Of a stretch of DNA of 64,000 bases, positions 14,101 to 24,736 are shown in pieces. The stretch comes from Owenia fusiformis. Its lineage: Eukaryota. The notes under the pieces were generated by a model. The model was not told the DNA's origin. It saw only the letters and a program-made list of their open reading frames with translations, and ran no database searches. The DNA lies in assembly GCA_903813345.2 (NCBI GenBank), contig CAIIXF020000001.1:6758001-6822000 (forward strand). The letters run 5' to 3'. Positions within the stretch are counted from its first letter, which is position 1. Each line of letters begins with the position of its first letter. A program made the translations under genes and the position numbers.

Positions 14101-17100
14101 GGATGTAGGCCTATAGGTAAAACAACACACCAACCTGTTTATGTATGTCATGTAGAATCATTTCAGCAGTATCATAATCAAAAGGTACATTCTTTTTTCC
14201 AGCTAGTAAAGTTTGTCGATTGAGGCACTCTAAGGTAGCAGCATAAGATTGTAAGGTAGGAGCAACTCTATTGGTTTCCATGTTATCAAATAAGGCGATG
14301 ATATCTCTTAACCGACCCTAAAGAATCAATTTCATTTTAGTTGTTATAGATTGATGACTTACAGAAAAACACATGTTTAAACTTAAAATTCCATAGCAAA
14401 GATTTTTATTGTATGTTGTTACTTTTATTGACACAAGACATTTATCATACTAGAAAACCAGCAACTCTAGAGTTGGAGATCTCAAAATGGCTAATTTTGG
14501 AAAAGGTTCCTCCAATGGATGGATGGATGGATGGATGGATTTACGAACAGATAGACATTTTCTTTATATCCCTCACAGAGGATGTTATCTACCTGTTTTG
14601 CCATAGCATGCATTAATCTATTGTATATTTCAGCATCCTTGATGACATAGCCTTTCTGCAATAATGACGGAGCAATGTTCTTGCAGCTGTAGCAGTTGGG
14701 GGTATGTTGAGCAGGTTCCAACTGAAATAAAACATAACATTGTGAATAGACAATACACAATATTACAACCTACATTAGTCTCCTACATGTTGGTATGTTT
14801 TATCAGAATTAGGTCTCAGAAAGTAAATATGATGAAATGATAAAATGATGAATAGAAATGAATTGAATGCTTGTCAAAGTGACAACTTTACTCTATAGAT
14901 TGAAATTTATGCTTACTTGACCTTTACAAAAAGTTTCATTGAAAATATTTTCATTCAGTGATTTCATATCTTTTACATGATTTTGTAGAAAATATTTTGC
15001 AATATGTGAAAAGATTAAAGCCCAAGACTTGATGCATTGTGGCTGAGTCATTCCACTCAGGCATTGTTCCCTAAACTTTGGAACCCCGATGCATGGTCAT
15101 GCAAAGATGTGAAAACAAAACCTTCAAAAAATTAATTCAGTCCACGATGCACTCAGTCTAGGGTAGCTTAAAACTTTAAAAATACTCACCATGTCACAGC
15201 TAATACATGCTGTCACATATGCCTCCAGGCTTGCATTGAATTCCTTTGTTATCTTATCCATGTGTCTTTTCTCTATTATAATATTGGCTGCTGCTTTATT
15301 CCCTAAAGCCTTAACTAACAAATCAGGATCAAGTTTCATCATATCTAATGTTTTATCCTCCAATGATTTTCTCAGTTGTTCTATCTCTTTAATTTCCTTT
15401 TCTATTGCATTCTGTTTTTTTGATTTAGTTACATCAGATTTGTTTGCTTTGACTATTTTGGCCTTTTTGATGCTAGTGTTATCCTTGTGAGGTATATCAA
15501 CTAGTTTATTCAGATCAATTTCAATTGGATCAAGTCTAGTATCAACTACATCAGTTTCTTTGATTATATCTTGACTAGATGTAACAGTTTCACTTCCTTG
15601 TAATTCACTTTCAAGTTGTTCTAAACTAATAGCACCACTGTTAACACACTGTTTATATTCAACCTCAAAATTTTTGCCGGGTACTTCAGTGTCACATAGT
15701 TCAGAGGAACTTTTGGATTCATTCTCTGGTTTCATGATTTCCTCATGATAACTGTCTTGAACAACTTTATTCATTTGCTGTTTGAAAGTTGACACACGGT
15801 TCAGCCATTGTTGGTTTGAAGGCTTTGCCTTTTTCATTTTTGAGTGTAGGACATTCACCCAGTCTGTTGAAGTGAACACTGTTTTATTGCCGTCCTGTGT
15901 AAAAAACTTTGAAGTGTCTGTTGTCCTGTTTGGTACACTGTTCTGTATGAAAGAGTTGGGTAGTGTTGCCCTATGAGGCTTGAATATGCCTGGATTGAAT
16001 GAACCATCACAGTTGCTGTAGTGTTGTATAACAGGACTAGTGTCAGTATTGCAAGAAGGTTTTAGTCTTTGTAACCTCCAGTCTAAAACTAAAGAAAAAT
16101 GCATGTTGGATTATAAATGTACATCATATAAATTACCCACATTGATAGTTGACTAAGGGAGCATTTCAAAGAACGGTATCGGAAAATTAACTATATTTGC
16201 ACAGTTACGGAGGGAGGGGGTCACTTGTCTTAAAAGTTAGCATTCCAACATCGTTCGTGGGAATTTTCTTACAGCATGCTCTTTTTGTCCAGTGCACTTC
16301 TGATACAAAAAATAAATAAAAAACATGTACACAGCAAAAGTAAAATCATACAAAAAATGAGTGGCTATTAATTTGTTTTCATCGGTGATACCGAATTCAC
16401 AAGTCAAGATTAACTTGTCCAATATTAAACCTACTGCTGATAATGTACAGAAATACAGATTTGAATGGTTATAGAAAAGACTATATTACATGTTATTTTA
16501 GATATAGTGTGACTTTCGAAACGACGCATATAAACATTTCTCAAACACAGTTATGAGAGCGGAGGGAGGGGGTCACAGAATAACTGTGCAAATACAGTTA
16601 ATAATCCTAAATCTATGAAAACCAAGTATTTGTTGCTTGGAAGAACTTGCTCTGTAACTCATGTAATGATATCCCAAACAACTTCTTGACTTGCTTTAGT
16701 CTAAACTTAACTTCTTATTTGAAAATAGAAATAAAATTGTTACCTTTAACCAATTCTTGCTCTATGATACGCTTTTTGAAATTCTTTTTCTTTTTTGGCT
16801 TTTTTGTTCTTGGTGTAGAATTTACAATGGGCAAAGTGGAATAGCGATAAAAGCCCCTGGAAGTTCTTCCTACAATTATAAAAAAAACTAAATTATTCAT
16901 TATCATGTGGATCGAGTTAGAGACAACAAATAGTAGCATTAAGTTATTTTGTACAAATAGGTGTTATATTCATTTGATCTAAGCTGTTTGACATGTGTTT
17001 CTTAAAAAATTCTATAAATTGGCCTTAGGGTATCATTAGCAAGTTATACCAATATGAAAGAGATTGGTCACATACTTTGTTAGAATTGACAAATTCAAAA

Positions 17101-17978
17101 ATATATGGTACATGGATGTCAAAAATCCAATATCAGAGCTGCGTAATGAGACCTTCATAGCATTTGTGCCTGCTATCAGGTGATTGAATCTGTCATTTAG
17201 TTTTAGTCTCAAAAACACCATACCTGCGTGTCAGGTTTATTGATTTGTTTCATTGTTCTCTGTTTCCAAAATACATAAATACATACATTCTGTCCAAAAT
17301 ATTAGTTGGTTAATATTAATATTAGTTTAATTGTTGGGACATTAAATGTTAAAATTCAAGAAAATATGCAAACTATATGACTTATCAATTAATTTGTATC
17401 AGCATTGTAGTCCTGATTTTCATCTTCAATTCATCAAGGTAATTATCCAACTACACAATTTGGAATAGGTTTCAGCTGTGGGTGAGGTTTGCCTTATCAA
17501 AGTCAAAAATTTTTAAAAAAGCAATCCGAGCCCACGTTTATGGGGGTAATGCACCCTGGCCTCAACACATGAATCTAGCTTTGAAAATCAGTTGCGCACA
17601 TCCCTGGGTCAATAGGTTATGACAAATCACTCATATTCTATGTCATCAGGTGACTTCCACGTCCATAATGGCCAGGTATATATATGCCTATATGGCAAGG
17701 AGGGTTGGCATTTGTGTTTATAATTGACATGGCCCCTATGGATCAGAGAAATGAGCAAGCATCTTTATGGGAAAACTCACATGTACAGTGGGGGACAAAA
17801 ATAAAACTCAACGTTCACAGGTTGTCACAATGAGCTAATTTCAAAGTTTCATGTCTCAAACTCTCCCAAGCGGTAGAAAAATAATTCCCGTTCACTAAAG
17901 TAGCACAATAAATGAATCCAAAGCTTCATACCTGCAAATAATGGATAAATTCCTACCAAATCGAATGAATGTTTTCAT
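2132..17978 (-). CDS. POLRMT: Mitochondrial DNA-directed RNA polymerase (T7-like), multi-exon, 3' exons outside the window
   Basis: Frame-consistent GT-AG exons (minus): 17978-17932 (tentative start), 17189-17050 (tentative), 16869-16744, 16088-15190, 14721-14593, 14317-14135, 13560-13492, 12847-12746, 12410-12258, 12056-11889, 11576-11445, 10993-10877, 10558-10517, 10322-10246, 9839-9776, 9136-9001, 8730-8597, 4855-4755, 4384-4264, 4019-3935, 3761-3650, 3497-3419, 2844-2599, 2209-2132. Diagnostic motifs: [75 protein letters not shown]. The expected VKQTVMT and HDC exons were not found in 1-2131. Confidence 0.95.
2599..2844 (-). CDS. POLRMT: POLRMT exon containing catalytic motif A
   Basis: [28 protein letters not shown]...[20 protein letters not shown]...DVYSDVVAL, bounded by AG and GT; 246 nt, phase 0/0. 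Confidence 0.95.
2853..2990. repeat. Two-copy 69-bp tandem duplication in a POLRMT intron
   Basis: attacatcactcagtacaacatcacaatgggggttctgaattgatttaataatttattgtctaatgtac occurs twice head-to-tail. Confidence 0.9.
5417..5843 (-). repeat. 75-bp tandem array, left arm (about 6 units), derived from a POLRMT exon-intron junction
   Basis: acttac (minus-strand GTAAGT) recurs at 5434, 5509, 5584, 5659, 5734 and 5809; each unit translates to [25 protein letters not shown]. Confidence 0.95.
5844..8322. mobile_element. Non-autonomous CACTA/EnSpm-like DNA transposon (about 2.5 kb)
   Basis: Starts CACTAGTAATCAGG. About 270-bp terminal inverted repeats (about 5850-6115 and 8058-8322) rich in CACACC/GGTGTG sub-repeats. 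TAC is duplicated at 5841-5843 and 8323-8325. The right end lacks the last 6 nt of the TIR. No transposase ORF seen. Confidence 0.8.
6707..7105. repeat. Internal tandem repeat (about 160-bp unit, about 2.5 copies) within the CACTA-like element
   Basis: acataatggaatgacctgctcag...gggcagatgacaatttgactact recurs near 6724, 6876 and 7039. Confidence 0.8.
8323..8648 (-). repeat. 75-bp tandem array, right arm (about 4 units, including the genuine exon end)
   Basis: acttac recurs at 8366, 8441, 8516 and 8591; same unit as 5417-5843. Confidence 0.95.
8597..8730 (-). CDS. POLRMT: POLRMT exon whose 3' end seeds the 75-bp tandem array
   Basis: [44 protein letters not shown] followed by GTAAGT; joins in frame to [14 protein letters not shown] at 4855. 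Confidence 0.9.
13950..14095 (+). mobile_element. Degenerate LINE reverse-transcriptase fragment
   Basis: Translates to ...[18 protein letters not shown]..., resembling the GVPQGSVLGPLLFLIYIND motif of non-LTR reverse transcriptases; disrupted. Confidence 0.65.
15190..16088 (-). CDS. POLRMT: POLRMT large N-terminal-extension exon (899 nt)
   Basis: Long ORF with an acceptor giving [13 protein letters not shown] (resembles the N-terminal ELLEVLQARVRQL segment of vertebrate POLRMT) and donor GTGAGT at 15189. Confidence 0.85.
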
Positions 17979-17979
17979 G

Positions 17980-18125
17980 AATCGCCATGTTTGTTATCCA
18001 AGGAAGGTTGACTCCCAGAATGCAACATCAGTTAACCGTATTTACTCATCACAAGTTTCAAAATGGCGGAACAGCATTTTGAAAGCTGGCACGTGTCATG
18101 TTGCATTCTGGGAGCCAATCCTCTG
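17980..18125. promoter_or_regulatory. Putative bidirectional POLRMT/TRAIP promoter
   Basis: Perfect 17-bp inverted repeat ctcccagaatgcaacat (18012-18028) / atgttgcattctgggag (18098-18114) resembling the ZNF143/Staf site; AAAATGGCG (YY1-like) at 18060; CACGTG at 18090; CCAAT at 18115. Divergent donors at 17931 (minus) and 18284 (plus, GAG/GTAAGA). Confidence 0.65.
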
Positions 18126-20059
18126 TTCCAGCGCAATCGAGCGACAAAATCACCTCAATATTTGAAGAGTCGGCATAACATGTGAATATCCACTTTTGAA
18201 GTTCTTATTTGTCATTAGGGACACAAATTCCACTGTATTTGGACTTACTAAGACAGAGAAAATAGAGCACTGAATACACTGAGGTAAGAATATATTACAT
18301 GTGCGACAGCATGTAATTTTCATAGCTTTTGCAATTCTTTATGATCCCCACTGTAGAAGTATCGAAAAATTTGTTACATGTATCTACAAAATAAGCCATG
18401 ACTGAAGGCTGGGCATGAACCAGAGCCATTTTAGCCACGGACCTCTGCCAGATTACCTTCTGTGTCTAGGCTCAATAAAATTACTCATTTATCCTTTGAG
18501 CCTACTACCAATAGGGGCTGGATCTGGCTCCGGATCTGTGATTTTAGTCACAGATATTGGCCAGATCGTTTTGTAGTAGGATCTCATAGGCTCAAAGAAT
18601 AATTCACAAGATACGACACTAAATTGGAAAATTTCAAAAAAATATGACCACCTTTCAAAAATGTTCCTTATACAAAATGGTACCTGCTTCCCCATGACAG
18701 ATTTTGCACTTATTTTATAGCTGAGATCTTCATCTTTCTATTTCTACTTGTTTGGTTCGAGTAAATAACCTATGGATGCAGTTATTTGACTTTTAATACG
18801 GCGAATATTTTTCACGAGATCCGGACTCTTGTGTGTCCAAATATCATTGTACTGATGACGTCACATTTCTGGAACCACGGGAGCAACATTCAGATTTGGA
18901 CAGACAAGAGTCCGGCGATTAAATATCACTGTTTTGGCCTCTTATCAATGCAGCATTGCTTGAATAACGGTCATTGGTGATAAAAAAGTTAAAGAATAAC
19001 AAGATGCTTCGAATGAGGTATGATTTGTCTCATATTTTTCTAGTTCAACGTCGTTAAACTCAATAACGGCGTTCTTTATTATTAGGAATTTTCTTGGGGC
19101 CATTATTGAGTTTAACCTCCTTACTATTCTTTCCTTTGATGCAAGTTCTGAATCCATCGAAACCATTTTTCCGCGATAACGTGCAACTGATACTTGACAA
19201 TAATATAAAAACACATAACATCAAGCGATTTAACACAATATTATTGTGTTAAATGTTCATTTATACGAGTAAAATGAGGCTACACTTACCAATCTCTACA
19301 GTGACATTTCCGCATGTCTGTCATTGTGTCTGTTCGTCTGAGTGTCCCGGATCGTAAAATTAAACTACCAGCGAAACGAAATTGTTGTCAAATAGATTGA
19401 TAATTATTATCGCCATTACTCGGGATAAAAAGATCAATTTTGAGGATAACAGGTATCTTTGATTAATTTATATAGCGCATATATACACGCAAAATAGTTA
19501 TTAATTGCAAACCAACTGTTCGTTAATGCAGTGCCGTGATGACGGTTAATTCCTGAAACGATTTGCAATTTCGATGTTACCGAAACTGACCGACATTTTC
19601 GTCATATTCCAAACCTGTCTCCAATACTTTCGTAATTATGCATCAATAGGGTCTAAGGGGGATACGGGACGGGGTGTATGTGTTTATAAGGTATGTATGC
19701 ATGCTTGAATCACATTCTTTGTGTAATATTGCCATGTTTTCATGGTTCAATTAGTTCCGCTTGTCGAAACCTGCTGAACGATTAAATTAACGCATCAAAG
19801 GCAAAATGGTCATGGAGGTTAGACCTAGCCGGGCCATAACACATGTCAGATAAGAAACGAGGCCCGGGCTAGGTCTAATGTTGTTGGACTAATATTTTTC
19901 AGAAATGGCTCCATATTCGTCATTTTAAAATTTGAAATTTTCTGAGGTGTCTCATCTTGAGGAATATTTATTGAGCTACTGATCCTACTACAAAAGAATC
20001 TTGCCGGGATCTATGATTTTAGTCACAATTTTTTTCATTTTCAGTAGACTAGTCTAGAC

Positions 20060-20938
20060 TAGTGTTGTCGCGATGTGCCATAATCGTACATCGATGCATC
20101 GGCAATTTCAGGAGTAAACATCGATGCATATCGCGATGTACATCGAGAAAAAGTCCGAGAAAAGTGCACTGAAATACCGAACGCTAATGCACTAAAATAC
20201 CGAACAGAACAAATTAATAAGAGTACGCTGGTACATACGGGAACTTCTAGTAACGGTGAAATGAAAGTAAAAAGTATTTTTTTTAGATTAATGGTTCATT
20301 TCGACTAGCTAAAGCAGTTTTAAAGCGAAAGAATATCAGAAAACATTTGAAAATGAAATAAGTCATGAGAAAGGTAAGCGATTTGCGTCAAAATAAGATA
20401 AGAAAGGGTGATTTTTAGCAAATTCAATTTTTTTTAAAAACATCGATGTTTTGTTTCAGACATCGATGCATCGCCAGAATCAGCTTTGGCGATGTATATC
20501 GCGATGTATCGATTAAGGTACAGCTGGAAAGTAACATTTTGGTAAAAAATTGCTATACCTGCACATGTTATTTTCTGGTACAAAATAAAGTATGAAGCCA
20601 TGTGTCAATTTCCTTGCTTTTTTCAGGAAAGTATCATTACATTGTCTTCTTTTAAAATATCTGGTAGGCGTTCAATGGGAACTCCAGGAAATTCTGATAT
20701 TTCACACTTTCTATTTTTCCAAATTTTCTTTCAAAGTTTCCAGACAACACAGGAGCTACCATTGACCTGTTTCCAGATATTCTAAAAGAAGATAGTGTAA
20801 TGATACTTTCCTGAAAAAAGCAAGGAAATTGATACATGCCTTCATACTTTATTTTGTACCAGAAAATAACATGTGCAGGTATGGCAATTTTTTACCAAAA
20901 TGTTACTTTCCAGCTGTACCTTAATCGCGACAACACTA
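20060..20938. mobile_element. hAT-like non-autonomous element
   Basis: TIRs TAGTGTTGTCGCGAT / ATCGCGACAACACTA; imperfect 8-bp TSD gtctagac/gtctagtt; many catcgatg sub-repeats. Confidence 0.7.
20517..20920. mobile_element. Near-palindromic MITE with TTAA target duplication (Kolobok-like), nested in the hAT-like element
   Basis: TTAA-GGTACAGCTGGAAAG...CTTTCCAGCTGTACC-TTAA; arms complementary over about 150 bp or more. Confidence 0.8.
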
Positions 20939-21920
20939 GTCTAGTTTCTAGACTAACCTGTCTCCTGTGCTACTATCCTTACCTTTTTCGTGAATTGTTG
21001 ATTGAAGAGTTTCACAATTAAGGCATCTTTGGAAGGAAACAAATTTATTTTGTACATTGGCAGCATCGGATATCTTAAGGTGTAGTCTTAATCCATGAAT
21101 TCGAAAAATTTGTGACATTTTCACGTTTTAAAAATTATACAACCGGAAGTCAAAGTTTGGGAGCATATGATTTTTTATTTCAATAAATGTATTTTCAATT
21201 AACGTATTTGAGAATGAATTTTATAAACATAGGCTATCTAGAAATTTAGAAAATCGAATCGCCTGGACATTAAGATATGCAATCATGCTACAACATTTGA
21301 GTAAATGTGTTTTGAAATTTGAATACTAAGCAGGAAGTATTGCCTGCGCATGCTCAATTGACCGCCAATTTTGATTTTTGATTTTAGGACATCTTATCAT
21401 GCAATTATCAAATACATAGCTATTTCAATTACATGTTTTCGTGAACCTAAGAATCTTGAATAAAATTTAGACATTTCCAATGAAAAGCTGTGCATGTAGA
21501 TCTAAAGGTAGGTAGATATTTTACGATTCGAAAAAAATCTAAGTTACAAAACAAGGCAAGCCACAAGAACCTCAAGTGGCGTACATGTATCAACTGACAT
21601 ACAGTTGGGGACATAAATAAATGACAGGTGGATTTGCTGAAGTGAGGATTTGCCATGTTAAAAATAAGAGAATTTTCAAGAGGCCATACATCAGTGGATG
21701 AGATTATACAAAATGTAAAATATACAAATTTTAAGGGATATATATCTAGACAATATTGGGAATTATGGGCTTTCAGACCACCATAATTAGGAAATGGTGA
21801 TCGAAAATCGACCTGTCATTTATTTTTGTCCCCAACTGTATCAGATATTGGTTGCCAAAGCTGGAAGAATAAGTTTATGTTCTTTTTACCTATTCTTCAA
21901 GATTCGGCCACAAATAGATG

Positions 21921-22294
21921 CAGGGTTCTCCCCAGAATCTAATTGCATGGCGCTCCCCCCTGCTCACCTAATTTTCCCCCCTGTTCCCCCCCTGCTTGCT
22001 TCATCCCCCCTGTTCCCCCCTGCTTGCTTCACCTGCCCAGGGTCCTCAATATAATCATAAATGGGCCATATTATCATGTAGTATTATTAAATAAAAGGTT
22101 TTCTAAATGAGATTTGGTGTTTATTTACATTTTGCAACCCTGTAACCATATGAGAGCTGCTGAAGTACATATTGACAAAGTACGCGAGTGATGCAAGCGG
22201 CAAAAATTGATACAAAAATCACGCGAGCGAAGAGAGTGGCGTTACTTGTTAAAAAATCCCCCCCTGCTATCAAAAAATCCTGGGGAGATCACTG
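21921..22294. mobile_element. MITE with CAG...CTG termini
   Basis: cagggttctccccag / ctggggagatcactg inverted termini, with agatg on both flanks (5-bp TSD). Confidence 0.65.
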
Positions 22295-22725
22295 AGATGT
22301 GTTGATACAGTTTCCAGATGTTCCTGAGACAAAAGATAGCAATGAACATCTTCATGAACTTCATGATGAAGTTCAATGAAATCAATGTAAGATCTAGGCC
22401 GCCCCCACAAAGCTAAACTTATTGATGTTATTTTGTTGGATTTAATCTATACTACATTTTATTTGGTAACCTATTAGCTTGGGGTCTTTTGTAAAATGTC
22501 GATGTATAGAGTTAATTCGACCATGCAGTTATTTCGACCATGGTCATGAATCAAAATTCCATGTTTGGCCATCTTGGATTAAGATGTCACTTATTGGAGA
22601 TGGATTTGGTTCAAATGTTGTAGGCTAATGCTGTCATGGGCATAGAACCTTTCAAGCAAGCCACTGAATTTCAAAATGGCAAGCATTTTTCATATAAAAA
22701 TTAATTAATTTCTGATAACTTTAAA

Positions 22726-24203
22726 CACGGGATACTAGAGTATCCGCGTATATTCAGTATGACCGGTTCTTAGGCTACGAATATGACCTGTTTTGGAAAG
22801 TCATGAGAGGCACAGCTGCTTAAAAATGGAAAATAAAGGTTAACTTCTATATTATCCTTTTTGAAATTGTGTTTGTTGAATATAGTTTATGCTGTATTTA
22901 ATAGTAATGTAACAAAAAAATGTTAAACATGAGCTATTTTAGCAATGTAACTGTTCTTAATGGAATATCAATCAGAAAGTACAGATTTCTCGCCTTAGAG
23001 CCAAATCATTAATATCACAGTAGAAAAAAACAAATCCCAAACCTTTTTATGTCTAACCTGAACAAGATCTCCAAATCTCAGTTTATATGATCCCCCGTAG
23101 AGTGAGCAAGAGAAGGATTTATCTTTTCCCAGAGGATACGCTTGTGAAATGTCATGGAAACGAGTGTAACACGGCCCACTGATTGATGTGATCGGAATGT
23201 TACCGGTGTAGAACATGTAGAATACGAGTGTATGCTCCTCAATAAGAGGTGTTACTGATGCTGCCATCTGAAAAATGTTGTATTTTAAGTTAAATGTGTA
23301 GTTTCAGCAATTTGGTTACAGAGTAATATGTTATATTTTCAAATACATGATAAACTTTTCTTTCCATACATTGTAATGTATTGGTATAAAACCTGTCTTA
23401 TTATAGGTGATCTAAAAGCATATTTTGCCATTACTTTCGCCAACATTCTGAAATCGGGTCAACTGATTTAACCACAAATCTACAAAAGGTCTGAAATGGG
23501 ACAACATAATTATAATCAAACAAGGCTATTGTTTTCGGTCTACGTTTAACTGAATTCTTTTGGAAAAAATAGGCTCTGGACACTATAACTTATAAGTCAT
23601 CTACTCTTATTTAGTTCTTCCCACTTTATATTGGAGACCTACTGCAAGCGTCTGAAGAGCCTCAACATTCTGGTATTTCGAATTACCTTTTGCATCTGTC
23701 ACCGCTAAAAGTCGTATCCAAACACCGGTTAAATGCCGATCCAAGACATTTCACAACCGTATTCTCCAATAATGGGGCACCAGTGACATTCGTATTCTCA
23801 AAAATTCAAAGATGTATCATATTTGGACAGAGCAGGCTAAATTATTTAAAATATTCATGACTAATTCGTAGATCTAGCTATATATTATACATAAGATGTG
23901 TCATCCTCTTCGGAGTTGCGTTGTGTTACACAAAAACTGATCAAAGATGCTGGAAACTAGGATTTTATGGCTTCAATCTAATATTAATACGTTTTCTCTT
24001 GATTAAGGCCCCTTGTGATATGCCTGGCATTATAAGTATACCAAGTATCATTCATTGACCAAGTAGGATAAAAAGAAAACGTTCGAAAGTGTTCATAAAT
24101 AGCAAGTACTCACCTCGTCTGTTTATAGGAACAGAAATACGGTCACACTCGTAAGCTTAGAACCGGTCATACTCAATATACGCGGATACTCTAGTTACCC
24201 GTG
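22726..24203. mobile_element. Non-autonomous TIR element (about 1.48 kb) inserted at a TTTAAA site
   Basis: About 60-bp TIRs cacgggatactagagtatccgcgtatattcagtatgaccggttct / agaaccggtcatactcaatatacgcggatactctagttacccgtg, with tttaaa on both flanks. Confidence 0.8.
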
Positions 24204-24736
24204 TTTAAAGCTATGTGGAATTTGGTCTCATTTCATTATAGCCATCGTTTTTCATTAAAAATGTAATCTTTGACAACTAAGATACCAGTTGACAGATTTG
24301 GTTCAAATCATATATGCATATTACAAAATCTTCACCACTATCCATTGCCCCTCTGGCTCTACATATCTAACCCTATCCACAAATTGGTTAAATTCACTGC
24401 TATAAACATGTTGTCATCTTGAGTTCTTTTGACTTTTCTGATGCCTGATTTTTGAAATTGTGCCAAATGCACCAATTAAGATAATGAATTTGCCATGTTT
24501 TTAGATCCATCTTCACCTCAATTGATACAATGTAGCAATTTGTGACATTGATAGACAGGTATCAGATATGTCAATCAACATAACTTTTGATGATCTTTCC
24601 AATGATATATCACACTTAACTTGGTACCATCCATTAAGGTTTTGGATGTAGCAGGAGGGACAGGACTTTTGTTCAGTGAGACTTTTTGTGTGAAATTTAT
24701 ATCTTTTTCTTTCCAGGAAAGAGGAGATAGCTTACC

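Noticed and set aside
17224-17289. Candidate POLRMT exon with donor CAG/GTATGG
   Set aside because: It contains stops in the frames needed to join the neighbouring exons; 17189-17050 fits the phases better.
18821-19878. Short inverted repeats at 18821-18915 and 19819-19878
   Set aside because: Probably decayed MITE fragments; no boundaries or TSD could be defined.
22311-22387. Possible extra TRAIP 5' UTR exon (AG...GTAAGA)
   Set aside because: Only splice-like dinucleotides support it; it cannot be established without transcripts.
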